NCBI GenBank assembly: GCA_030549845.1
Contig: JAUQQN010000001.1
Coordinates: forward strand, 270,596-302,595
Length of the DNA: 32,000 nucleotides
From: Patescibacteria group bacterium
GTDB taxonomy: Bacteria > Patescibacteriota > Minisyncoccia > UBA6257 > HR35
Direction of reading: 5' to 3'
The stretch's first letter is position 1. Each line of letters starts with the position of its first letter. The notes below the pieces were generated by a model, which worked only from the letters and a program-made list of their open reading frames with translations, did no database searches and was not told the DNA's origin. Both the position numbers and the translations under genes were made by a program. Shown here piece by piece: positions 8,708 to 18,300 of the stretch.

Positions 8708-9247
8708 TCAAATGGTTTCTCCAATTACTTCTTCTTGTTGCTTTTTTACTTCTTTCTTTAATGACCTTAATCTTTTCACTCTCCAAAGCCTTCCTCTAGA
8801 AACTAGCATTGTTAATGTTTTTATTGGAGCAATTTCTATTAAGCTTCCTATTATTGGAATAAAACCAAAGAATTCTATCGCAACTAAGAAAACATAAACA
8901 CCTCCTTCAATTTGAGAAAGGTATCCATTTTTAGTATAATAAAATATCAAATATAAAAACAGTAAGGCTCCAGGTATCTCAAAAATCAAAGGAATGATTC
9001 CTAAAATACTTAAAGCTCCTGCACTTGCTAACCCTATTATACTAAATATAAATTCAAAAATATCTGCTGTTATTAATAAAATAAAGCTTAGATACCAAAT
9101 CCAGCTTATATAATGAGGTTCTTCCTCTTCTTCAGTTGTCTCTTCAAATTTTTTTAATCTTCCTGATTTTTGTAAATAATCTTCTTTTTTCTCTTCGGTG
9201 TAATCTAATTTTTTAATTTCAGAATTTGTTTCAAACACTGCCTTCAT
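8708..9247 (-). CDS. Hypothetical polytopic membrane protein (about 4 TM)
   Basis: Acidic N-terminus, then four hydrophobic helices, then a basic tail. ATGA overlap with the VirB4 ATPase gene upstream. Confidence 0.6.
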   Translation of the reverse strand: MKAVFETNSEIKKLDYTEEKKEDYLQKSGRLKKFEETTEEEEEPHYISWIWYLSFILLITADIFEFIFSIIGLASAGALSILGIIPLIFEIPGALLFLYLIFYYTKNGYLSQIEGGVYVFLVAIEFFGFIPIIGSLIEIAPIKTLTMLVSRGRLWRVKRLRSLKKEVKKQQEEVIGETI

Positions 9248-11040
9248 TGATTTTTCAAAGCTTCTTTTATTGCCATTAATTGCTCTAGGGAAGCTTTAAT
9301 TATTTGATCTTCAGCATAAGATGCTAAAACATACAAAGGAATTCTTTTAAGACCAGCAATTAAAATTCCTCTTCCTCTTTCAGCTTGTATTAAAAATCTT
9401 TTTTCGCCTTCAGATAAGGCAAATACTTGGCCTACTGTATCAATTGTTGTTGGTGATTGTTTCATTAAAAATGTAAGTGCAGAGTTTGTAATTATAGGCT
9501 TACCATAAGGAGAGCTCAAAAAATCATCTATATCTTGAGTTATTGTGGTTATTCCTAAAAGATATTTCCTACCTCTTTTTATTGCATTAAGCAAAAAATT
9601 AGCACCTGATTCATTTTTCATTATCCACCATGCTTCATCTATTATTAAAATTCTTTTCTTTCTTTCTCTTCTTATTTTATTCATTAAATCATTCAAAACA
9701 ATATACATACCAATAGGTCTTAACTCTTCTACTAAATCTTTAAACCCAAAAACAACTATTCTCTTTTTAAGATCAACATTTGTTGGTTGATTAATAAAAC
9801 CACTAAAACTACCCTGAGTAAATGGATATAATTTTTCAGCTATAGACTTACCTCCTTCTATACTTAAAAGAACTTTTTCTAAGTCATTTAATGTAGGGAA
9901 AACTTCTATTTTTCCAAAATCTGTATCAGGTAAAATATTAAAGGAAGCATACGTTTGGCTTATTGCTCTATCTAATATAGTAAGTTCTTCTGCGTTAAAT
10001 TTCTCACCTGCTATAACTTCTAAAAGTCCAATTATATCACTAACTTTTTCTTTGTATACATCTTCAGGATTTTCTCCCTCAAGTAAAGGAGGTAAATCAA
10101 GAGGGTTAATTTTGTGCTCTGATCTTAAAGAAATTGGTATAAAAGATCCTCCATAAACTTCAGCTATTGATTGATATTCATTTTCTGGGTCTAACACAAT
10201 GACATCTTGCCCCATCATTAGATTTCTCATAATTTCAATTTTTGCAGTATAACTTTTACCTGATCCTGATCTTGCTAAAATTACCATATGAGCATTCTCA
10301 AAAGCAAATCTATCGAGAAGAACCAGGGAGTTGTCTTGCAAATTAATACCCATCAAAATTCCTTTTTCCATAGACAATTCTGATGAGATAAATGGGAAAA
10401 ATGAACTTGCGGCAGATGAGTTCATTACATATTCTATTTGAAGTCTATTAGAATTAAGAGGTAGTGTTGAAAAGAAAGCATCTTCTTGTTCAAATATAAT
10501 TGGTTTTGCAACAATTAAATTACTTTCTAAAATTTTTATAATTCTTTTTTCTTTTAATAATAATTCATCTTTATCTTCAGAAAATATAGTAAGATATAAA
10601 GCAACATTAAATATCTTTTCTCTTCCTTGTACTATAGCATCCCTTAATTCCTCTATATCATTGTAGGCTGTTTCAAGTTGTGGGTCTCTAGGCAAGCCTT
10701 TTTCTTCAATTTCTATTAATTGACTTTCTACTCTTAAAAGCTGTTTTTGTAATTGCTTAAGAATAACTCCAGGATCTCTAGGAACAAAATAAATCGAAAG
10801 ATTAAAAGGCTCTTCTAATGCTAAAAGATTTTCTAACCAACCAGCAAACAAAAATCTTGGATAAGTAATTATAGCTATAACCTTTCCATAAACTTCTCCT
10901 ATTTGAAAATCAGATACCCCAAATAAAGCTCCTGGAGGGGCTATTATATTTTTTATTTTCTCAAAACCTTTTGCCTCCTCGATTTTAACGATAGGAATCC
11001 CTTTATTTGTTTGTTGGAAAAATGGTAATTTGAATGCCAT
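9244..11040 (-). CDS. virB4: VirB4/TraC/CagE-family T4SS ATPase, middle and ATPase domains
   Basis: Walker A ARSGSGKS (10252-10275) and Walker B ILIIDEAWW. The N-terminal segment ITYPRFLFAGWLENLL resembles the y-P-x-x-v-x-x-gWL segment of Firmicute ICE VirB4 proteins. At 598 aa it is ~200 aa shorter than typical VirB4. Confidence 0.85.
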   Translation of the reverse strand: MAFKLPFFQQTNKGIPIVKIEEAKGFEKIKNIIAPPGALFGVSDFQIGEVYGKVIAIITYPRFLFAGWLENLLALEEPFNLSIYFVPRDPGVILKQLQKQLLRVESQLIEIEEKGLPRDPQLETAYNDIEELRDAIVQGREKIFNVALYLTIFSEDKDELLLKEKRIIKILESNLIVAKPIIFEQEDAFFSTLPLNSNRLQIEYVMNSSAASSFFPFISSELSMEKGILMGINLQDNSLVLLDRFAFENAHMVILARSGSGKSYTAKIEIMRNLMMGQDVIVLDPENEYQSIAEVYGGSFIPISLRSEHKINPLDLPPLLEGENPEDVYKEKVSDIIGLLEVIAGEKFNAEELTILDRAISQTYASFNILPDTDFGKIEVFPTLNDLEKVLLSIEGGKSIAEKLYPFTQGSFSGFINQPTNVDLKKRIVVFGFKDLVEELRPIGMYIVLNDLMNKIRRERKKRILIIDEAWWIMKNESGANFLLNAIKRGRKYLLGITTITQDIDDFLSSPYGKPIITNSALTFLMKQSPTTIDTVGQVFALSEGEKRFLIQAERGRGILIAGLKRIPLYVLASYAEDQIIKASLEQLMAIKEALKNQ

Positions 11041-11669
11041 TATTCCTCTAATGACTCTATTAATTCTTCAAACAATTTTATTGGAGCAAGCCCCCATCTT
11101 AAGCTAGGATTGTACATCTCATACAAAAGCTGCAAAAGTTCATAATTATTTAATCTTATTGGTTGAAGTCCAATAGCAGAAAGTTTTTCTGTTATATAAA
11201 TAACCCTAGTCTCTAATTGCTCTAATTTTGTATAAAATTCCTCTTCTTTAATTTTTGTTTTTTTACCAAATTTTTTTATTTCAATTACTTCTCCCTCATA
11301 TGGTACAACAATATAAAATATTTTTTTCATTATTTTGTGGGTTTCTACATAGCTTTGTATAAATTTAATGTATTCTTCTAGTTGTAATTTAATCAATGGT
11401 TCATCTTCTACTTCAAGTCTTTCTTTTAAGTAATTTAAATAACCCTCTATATACGCATACCTTGAAACAACTAATATTTGTAAATTAAAATCTAGCCCAT
11501 CTAGAAATTCTTTAAAAGCACCAACTACTGCTTCCTTTTCTTGTTCTGAAAGTAATGTAAAATTAATTCCCGGAACAGCTAAAATAGCTCTTAAACTTCC
11601 ATCTTCTAATATAAGAGTGTCATTTTTTATATCTTTTACTTGTATTAAAGATGCAGTTGTTTTTACCAT
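11040..11669 (-). CDS. Separate ORF resembling the N-terminal domain of Gram-positive VirB4 (split VirB4, part 1)
   Basis: IQVKDIKNDTLILEDGSLRAILAVPGINFTLLSEQEKEAVVGAFKEFLDGL..LQILV matches the pattern I recall for the first ~200 aa of Tn916 Orf16/TcpF-type VirB4. 209 + 598 aa is about full-length VirB4. TAATG coupling, with GAGGAA upstream of the next start. Confidence 0.55.
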   Translation of the reverse strand: MVKTTASLIQVKDIKNDTLILEDGSLRAILAVPGINFTLLSEQEKEAVVGAFKEFLDGLDFNLQILVVSRYAYIEGYLNYLKERLEVEDEPLIKLQLEEYIKFIQSYVETHKIMKKIFYIVVPYEGEVIEIKKFGKKTKIKEEEFYTKLEQLETRVIYITEKLSAIGLQPIRLNNYELLQLLYEMYNPSLRWGLAPIKLFEELIESLEE

Positions 11670-12190
11670 CTTCTTTTAGGAAATTTTGGAATAGGGAAAT
11701 TAATATAAGGATTAAAAGGATTATAACCTCTTTCTATAGCTTTTTTTACATATACAGCTAAAGATTTATTTACTTCTTTTTCTTCTTTTGGTTTTTCATA
11801 ACTTACAAGAGGGAGCTCTTTTTGTGTTTCAGTTTCTGTTATTTCTTCTAATTCAATATATTTTTCTAAGAGAGGAGATTTTATATATTGAGTAGTAATT
11901 TTAACTTCTTCTTTCCATATATATTTTTTAGGAGATAATAGAATCATGATAAGTTTTGGAAGAAAGGCATAAATATATTTATTATTTATTTTCAACCAAC
12001 CTATAATAAAAGCTGCTAAAACAATAATTCCAGAAAGAAATACTGCAATAAAGCCACCAAATAATTTAAATGTAGCAAAGGATAACAAAAATGCCCCAAA
12101 ACTTATAAAAAGCTGAGGAAATGTAAAAGAAATCATTCCTAAACGTAATTTATCTTCTATTGTTATATATTGTGGTACACTAAATCTCAT
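11663..12190 (-). CDS. PrgI-family (VirB3-like) small T4SS membrane protein
   Basis: The N-terminus MRFSVPQYITIEDKLRLGMISFTFPQLF is followed by two TM helices, as in PrgI family proteins. It sits immediately upstream of VirB4, as in Gram-positive T4SSs. Confidence 0.55.
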   Translation of the reverse strand: MRFSVPQYITIEDKLRLGMISFTFPQLFISFGAFLLSFATFKLFGGFIAVFLSGIIVLAAFIIGWLKINNKYIYAFLPKLIMILLSPKKYIWKEEVKITTQYIKSPLLEKYIELEEITETETQKELPLVSYEKPKEEKEVNKSLAVYVKKAIERGYNPFNPYINFPIPKFPKRRW

Positions 12191-12198
12191 TAAAATAA

Positions 12199-12837
12199 TT
12201 ATAAATTAGAAAGATCTAAAACTTCTCCCTCTTTTTTTTCTTCTTTTGGTTTTTTGATTACCACAATTTTAGAAGATATATCCTCAGTTGGCTTAGGAGG
12301 CTCCCAAGAAATCGTTTGTTTTATATCAATTGTAGATTTAGGAACTTCTGTCTTTATTTGTTGGAGTTTAGATAAATCTATGGGAGTAGTTGGCTTAGGA
12401 ACCTCGATTGCTTCTTTTGTTTTTACTACTTTTTGTAAATTTAGAATTTTTTGTGGTGGAACTTCTTTGGCTTTCTGTATTAGATCAATCACTTCTTTTG
12501 GCACTTCTTTTTTGATTTTTTGAGTCTTTTCTTTCTCTTCTTTCCATAATGGTTCTACAAGTGGCAGGAATCTTGCTTTTATATGATATTCTAATTGTTT
12601 AGCTTTTTCTGTATCATAATTTAATCTATTTCTAATAATTTCCGTTAAGCTTTCTTTTTCTAAATCAAATCTTTTTATTGCTAAATCTTGCAATAAATAA
12701 ATAAATTCAACCTCATATTCATCACTAATTTCAAATTTCTTTTTATATTCTTCAAAAAAAGAATAAAAATCATCAGAATATAAAAATTCTTTTACTCTAT
12801 CTGGTGCTTCTGTATATGCATCTATAAATGATTTCAT
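12199..12837 (-). CDS. Hypothetical protein with a helical N-domain and C-terminal EVPK..IDL repeats
   Basis: Five degenerate repeats: EVPKEVIDL, EVPPQKILNL, EVPKPTTPIDL, EVPKSTIDI, EPPKPTEDI. No TM segment and no signal peptide. Confidence 0.6.
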   Translation of the reverse strand: MKSFIDAYTEAPDRVKEFLYSDDFYSFFEEYKKKFEISDEYEVEFIYLLQDLAIKRFDLEKESLTEIIRNRLNYDTEKAKQLEYHIKARFLPLVEPLWKEEKEKTQKIKKEVPKEVIDLIQKAKEVPPQKILNLQKVVKTKEAIEVPKPTTPIDLSKLQQIKTEVPKSTIDIKQTISWEPPKPTEDISSKIVVIKKPKEEKKEGEVLDLSNL

Positions 12838-12861
12838 TTTTAAATATTATAAAAATAAATT

Positions 12862-15360
12862 TTATGTAGAACTTGCACCACCACCCCCTCCAGTAGATTG
12901 GGCTGATTCAGATTTTTCTTTTTCTCTCGCCTCTTCTAGTGCCCGAATTCTTTCCTCAATTTCTTCTCTTTCTCTTCTAGCTTCTGCCCTATAAGGTCTT
13001 TCAAAAATCCCAGCAATCTTTTCAAGCAGAGGAGTTAATTCTTCGGGATTTGAAAGTTGGACACCTTGTTTTTGTATTAATTGTTGTAATTGTACGATTT
13101 CTTGTTGTAGGTCATGTATTTCTTCAAGTCTTTGCTGTAATTCGGTTTTTCTTTGGTTCAAGTTAATTTTTTCATCTTCACTTGCTCCTTGTATTTCCCC
13201 ATCTATGGCTTGTATTTCTTGGTTTAATGAATTAATTTCTCTACCTAGTTCTACTTCAATACCTTTTAATATCTGCTGTAGGTCTATTTTCCCAATAAGT
13301 TTTTGAGGATCTTTTGCCCAATCTTTTACTGTCTTATGTGATATTTCTCCTTGAGAATAAGAACCCATTAGTTGTCTTCTAATCTCTTCTTCTAATTTTG
13401 GTTGAAGCGTATCTGGTATTTTTTGGCCTCCAATCACTAACCTCTGAGCTATTTGTGGTCCTAGCTCTCTTATACTTCTTGCAGCTGGAGAAGCTCTAAT
13501 AATTCCTTGAAGTCGTTGTGGACCTATATTTCTTTCGACATCTTGATAAATACCTAAATCATGTAAATACTTTAAATTCTTTGGATTCCAGAATATATCA
13601 TTTAAATCTCTACCAGAAGTAAACATAAAATAATTGGATAATAATGTTTTAACTTCAGCCTCATCTGCTCCAGCTTTTCTAAGTAAAGTTCCTATTGTTT
13701 CTAATCCAACCTCGCGATGACTAATAATTTCTGGAAGGGTTGATAATACCTCAGCTCGTTTTTCTCTTCCTTCAGTAATTTTTGTTAAAATACATCTTAA
13801 TTTCTTACCACATAATGCTTTACGAGTACTTAAATCTAATTTATCCCAATCCAAAATACTAGCAATTTTAAATAGTTCATCTGCACTTAGTTTTGAATTC
13901 ATTACTTTAGCTAATTCTTCTTTGAATGGTCCTCTATATCTTTCAAATATTCCAGCAATCTCTTCAGGGCTTTTACCTTCCATGTGGTCACTGAAAATAG
14001 CTTCAGCTTCTTTTTTAACTTTTTCCTTTGTTGGTTTTTCTAATTTTTCACCTACTCCTTTGGTCCATAACCCTAAACTTCTAATGAATCCAACCCTACT
14101 TTTTTCTAAAGCTTTTCCTATAGTAGAAATTCCTCCTCCTATTTTTGATATAGCTGGTCTTACTGTCCACATTCCTACTCCTGCTGCAGCAGCACCAGCC
14201 AATCTCCAACCTTTCAATGCCAATCCATAAGTATAATTTGCAAAAACACCTCCTAAACTTAAAGAAACTTTCATTACAATATAGAAATAAAGAACAAGGA
14301 AAACAAATTTAGTAGAGACAGCAAAGAAAATACTTAAAGTAGTTTTTTCACTTTCTTCTAGTCCTGCTATAGGTTCTGCTTCTAATGAAGGTTTCATTAA
14401 ATTTTGTAATTTCTCTTCATTAAATGCACCAGTTATGCCTTCTGTTTTTGTTGTTGCAACTAAAGCTACTCCTATTAAAATTAAGACAATTAAAATCAAA
14501 ACATTGACTGTCCAATTTAGAAACCATTGCCACCAAGTATTCCAATATTTTTCATATCCAGGTGTTGCATATGCTATAGCAGCTAAAGGAAGTAAGCCTG
14601 CTAAAAATCCAATAATAAAGTATCTTCCAATAAATATTCCCACAAAAGACCACAAAGTAAGAGAAAATATAAGAGAAAGAACTATACCTACTAAATTAGC
14701 TACTATATTTAATGCTCTTCTTAAAGCTGCTGCTTGATCTGGAGTTAGATCAGTTTGATATTTAGTAGCATTTTCAATCATTCCTTTTAATTGTTCTGTT
14801 ATAAAACCTGGAGGTACAGCATTAAATATTGCATAAATCAATGTACCTAATTTTGAAGAGTTATAATTTTCAGTCATTAAATTTGCAGAAAGCAAAATAC
14901 TTCTTTGTATAAAATTGATTGTTCCAAAAAATACTTTTGCTAAAAGAAACGAAAAGTTTATTAAAAATGCTATAAGTATTACACCGAATAAAATCCTTCT
15001 CGCCTGGTCTTCTTTATTTAAGATCCAATTAATTCCTGAATATAATGCTAAAAATACTAAAATTACATAAGATAGATTTTTGAAGAATTCCCATAAAAAT
15101 GATGCAAGCCCTCCTTCTTCAAATGGATTTAAAACGCTGAATATGTCTATAATAATTCTTGCTAGTCTTGCGAAGATATTAAAAAGAAAAATCACTCCGG
15201 TTAAAACAATATAAGATACATAATCTATTATTCCAAAAACAAGCGCAGGAATTTTAGCCCAGAAATAATATCCTAATAAGCCTAATCCCAAAGCTCCAAG
15301 TAAACTTAGCCCTATAACTACCCAAACCACTGCTTTATTTTTTAATTTTTGATTTTTCAT
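12862..15360 (-). CDS. VirB6/TrbL-like polytopic membrane protein with a ~430-aa C-terminal soluble/coiled-coil extension
   Basis: About 9 hydrophobic helices in aa 10-400. Then a soluble domain, a Q/E-rich coiled coil, and a GGGGGASST tail. ATGA overlap with the upstream gene. Confidence 0.6.
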   Translation of the reverse strand: MKNQKLKNKAVVWVVIGLSLLGALGLGLLGYYFWAKIPALVFGIIDYVSYIVLTGVIFLFNIFARLARIIIDIFSVLNPFEEGGLASFLWEFFKNLSYVILVFLALYSGINWILNKEDQARRILFGVILIAFLINFSFLLAKVFFGTINFIQRSILLSANLMTENYNSSKLGTLIYAIFNAVPPGFITEQLKGMIENATKYQTDLTPDQAAALRRALNIVANLVGIVLSLIFSLTLWSFVGIFIGRYFIIGFLAGLLPLAAIAYATPGYEKYWNTWWQWFLNWTVNVLILIVLILIGVALVATTKTEGITGAFNEEKLQNLMKPSLEAEPIAGLEESEKTTLSIFFAVSTKFVFLVLYFYIVMKVSLSLGGVFANYTYGLALKGWRLAGAAAAGVGMWTVRPAISKIGGGISTIGKALEKSRVGFIRSLGLWTKGVGEKLEKPTKEKVKKEAEAIFSDHMEGKSPEEIAGIFERYRGPFKEELAKVMNSKLSADELFKIASILDWDKLDLSTRKALCGKKLRCILTKITEGREKRAEVLSTLPEIISHREVGLETIGTLLRKAGADEAEVKTLLSNYFMFTSGRDLNDIFWNPKNLKYLHDLGIYQDVERNIGPQRLQGIIRASPAARSIRELGPQIAQRLVIGGQKIPDTLQPKLEEEIRRQLMGSYSQGEISHKTVKDWAKDPQKLIGKIDLQQILKGIEVELGREINSLNQEIQAIDGEIQGASEDEKINLNQRKTELQQRLEEIHDLQQEIVQLQQLIQKQGVQLSNPEELTPLLEKIAGIFERPYRAEARREREEIEERIRALEEAREKEKSESAQSTGGGGGASST

Positions 15361-18300
15361 TTAATATAAATTTTTTTTGGCTTAAATATATTAATTATCT
15401 CAAAAATGTTTGCTAAAAATCCTACTCCTATATTGAAAATTCTTTTTATTAAAGAGACCCTTTGAGTTTTTTCAGGTAAAGATTGTGATGTAGATTCTTC
15501 AGCAGGTAATTCCTCTTCCTGTTGTTGAATTAATTTATTATTTATTTCCTCTTCAATTTTATCAATTAAAGAATTATATTCTTCGCATAGATTATTAATT
15601 TCTTCAATTTTTTCATTTATTCGATCCAAGTTTTGTTCAATATTAGTTTGTATGCTTTGAATTTCTTCTGGCTTAAATTGACTTAGATAATCTTCCCAAA
15701 TTTTATCTGTTTCTTTTTGCATTTCTTGTATTAATTGATCTTTTTGTTGCTGTAAATTATTTAATTCTTGTAATTTAGTCCAAAAATCTTGATTTTGTTG
15801 TGTAGAGTTTCTATATAATTCTATTACTTCTTTAAAGGCCTTGCTTGTTTTTAAAATAAGCTCTAAAGACTCATCCATTCTTAAATATATAGCTTCTCCT
15901 TTTTCAGCACTCCATTTATTTGGTACCTTAGAAATGGCAAATTCCCACTCTAAAATATTAGTTCTTTTTGCATATTCCATGGTATTTGAAGCATAATTCT
16001 CCAAAGCATTGAAGTAATCATAAAGTTTATTTAAGTCATTTTGGATTGCTTCAGGAGTTGTAGAGGGTGGATTTGTTATTAAATTTGTTAAGAAATTATA
16101 AGATGCCATAACTAGGTTTTCTTGTTGAATACCACTTTTTGATGCTGGTGAATTGTATAAAGAATAAAATATATGTATAAGATCATGAACAATAAAGTAT
16201 ATTTTATACTCAGGTTGTTGATAACCATATTTCCAATCTGTGCCATCATGAAAGTCTGTATCTAGCTGGCTATAATGGAATCTTCTTCTGAAAAATTCAT
16301 AATCTTTATCCTTCATACAATTTGTAATGTGGGTAGGATAAAAATCATTAAAGAATGATAATTTTTCTCTTTTTCCTAAAGAAGGAGCACAATCTGTGTA
16401 TTTTGTGCCTTCACCTACTCGATATATCTTTGTACCAGTGGCTACTGCAATGTAATCTCTTGGGAAATAATTATCATCTAAATCCAAAGGCGGTCGTTCT
16501 AGATCAATATACCTTTCAAAAAATATTGCTATTTTATTTGAATATAAATTACTAGCTCCGTATAAGCTTTGAGATATTTTTGAATTTATTTCTCTAATAA
16601 GATTATCAATTTGAGATTTAATTGAATTTATTTGTTCATCCAATTTATTTATTTTTTCGGTATAACTAGCAGTTATAGAATCAATTTGATTTAAAATATT
16701 TTGGTTTATTAATTTTTCTAATGTAGTTGTGTTTGAAGATATTGAATTGGAAATCTCATTTAGTTCATTTTCTAAATTTTTGAAGTTATAAACTATTTCA
16801 TTTAATCTTTCTATACTTTCTGTAGTTTGCTCTTCTTTTAATTTTTGAATTATATTATCAATTTCATTTTTTGACCTTTCGGAAGTAGAAGTATAATCTT
16901 GAATATTATTCATAAGTTGATTTATAGCCTTCACTATATTAATTACTCTTGAATTTAAACCAATAAGATTTCCTTTTTCTATTTCAGTAATTTTTCTTAA
17001 TTGTGATTCCATAGCAGATTTACATACTTGTTGCGATCCTGGAATTGATACAACCTGAAATTCATTGCATACTACATTTACTCTTTCAGGTCGATAGGCA
17101 TTTTTAATATCAGCCATATAAGAAGAGTTACTTGAAGACCTAGCCTCCAAGCTTGCAAAACCTTTATCAATTATCTTAAACAATTTACTAGAAAGCCAAC
17201 TTCTTATAAAAGCTACTAAAACATTTGTTGCTCGCTCTTGTGATTTAAATATTTCTAAGGGGGATGTTAATATTTGCTCTTTTAACTTTTCATAATCTGC
17301 TGGGGATGATAGGGTTGGCCCAGGTATTAAACAATTAGGATCTTCACCAGGAATATCTTTTTGAGCCTCTATCTTTTGTTTAATTTCTTGTAATTTTTTA
17401 TCCAACTTATCAATTTGAGTTTTATCTCCTTTTAGCATAGCATCTTCTAATTGTCTTGAAACTTCTTCATATTCTACATCTGCCCAAGTTTTTAAACATT
17501 GAGTTTTTGGTTTAAAGGTTAAACCACCGGGTTGTTGAATTTGAGTTTGAAATTGTTCATGTTCTTTATTTAAAGCTTCAATCAATGCTGCTGCATATCT
17601 ATCTTGTATAAGCAAACAATTTGAAATTTTAGCAGCGTCTAAAATAGGTTTATTATAGTCAAAAAATATAGTTTGAATAGCACTAAATTCGGAATCAGGA
17701 TAAATTTGTGCTAGTAATTTTTTGAAATTAAGTTTATTTTTTATAGTTCCAAAAATATTAGCTAGCATTTTAAAACTAGGCTTTTCTATCTTAGCTACAT
17801 AAGTTTCTGGTTTTTTTAAGCTATAAAGATTTTCTTCTTGTAAAGAAGCAGGTTGAATAAGTTCTAAATTTTTATATACTTGCTGCTCCTCGTATTTCTC
17901 GCATATTCTTTTAGAGGCAATATTAAATTCTTGATATTTATAGAAAGCATTCAAAAACCCCATTAATTTAATTGAATTTTCTGCATTTCTTGCAACCTCA
18001 TAACTCAAATCTTTTGTTGAATATAAAAGATTAATTAAACAACCTTTTAATTCTTCTGGGATACAGGGCTGCTCTTTATATTTATTAAATATTCTATTAA
18101 ATACTCTTTGATGTTCTAAAAAAATCTTAAAATTTCTATAAGCTTCTATATCTTTTATATAATTTTTCAAAATTCTTCCATATATGAATTCATTAAGTTT
18201 ATTAATTAATTGAAATTTAAAATATTGAAGGGCATCCTGTAAAGCAAGATGAATAGAAGTTTTAATACTTGCTAAAACATTTTTAGTTGCTTCTTTTATA

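Noticed and set aside
8691-8786. Long N-terminal extension (MESEKIKVIKERSKK...) of the 8076-8786 ORF
   Set aside because: It would overlap the upstream membrane-protein gene by 79 nt. The internal Met at 8690 gives a textbook signal peptide.
16173-16187. HDLIH in the 1102-aa protein resembling a zincin HExxH metalloprotease motif
   Set aside because: The catalytic Glu is replaced by Asp, and no downstream third ligand or Met-turn context is evident. It is probably coincidental.
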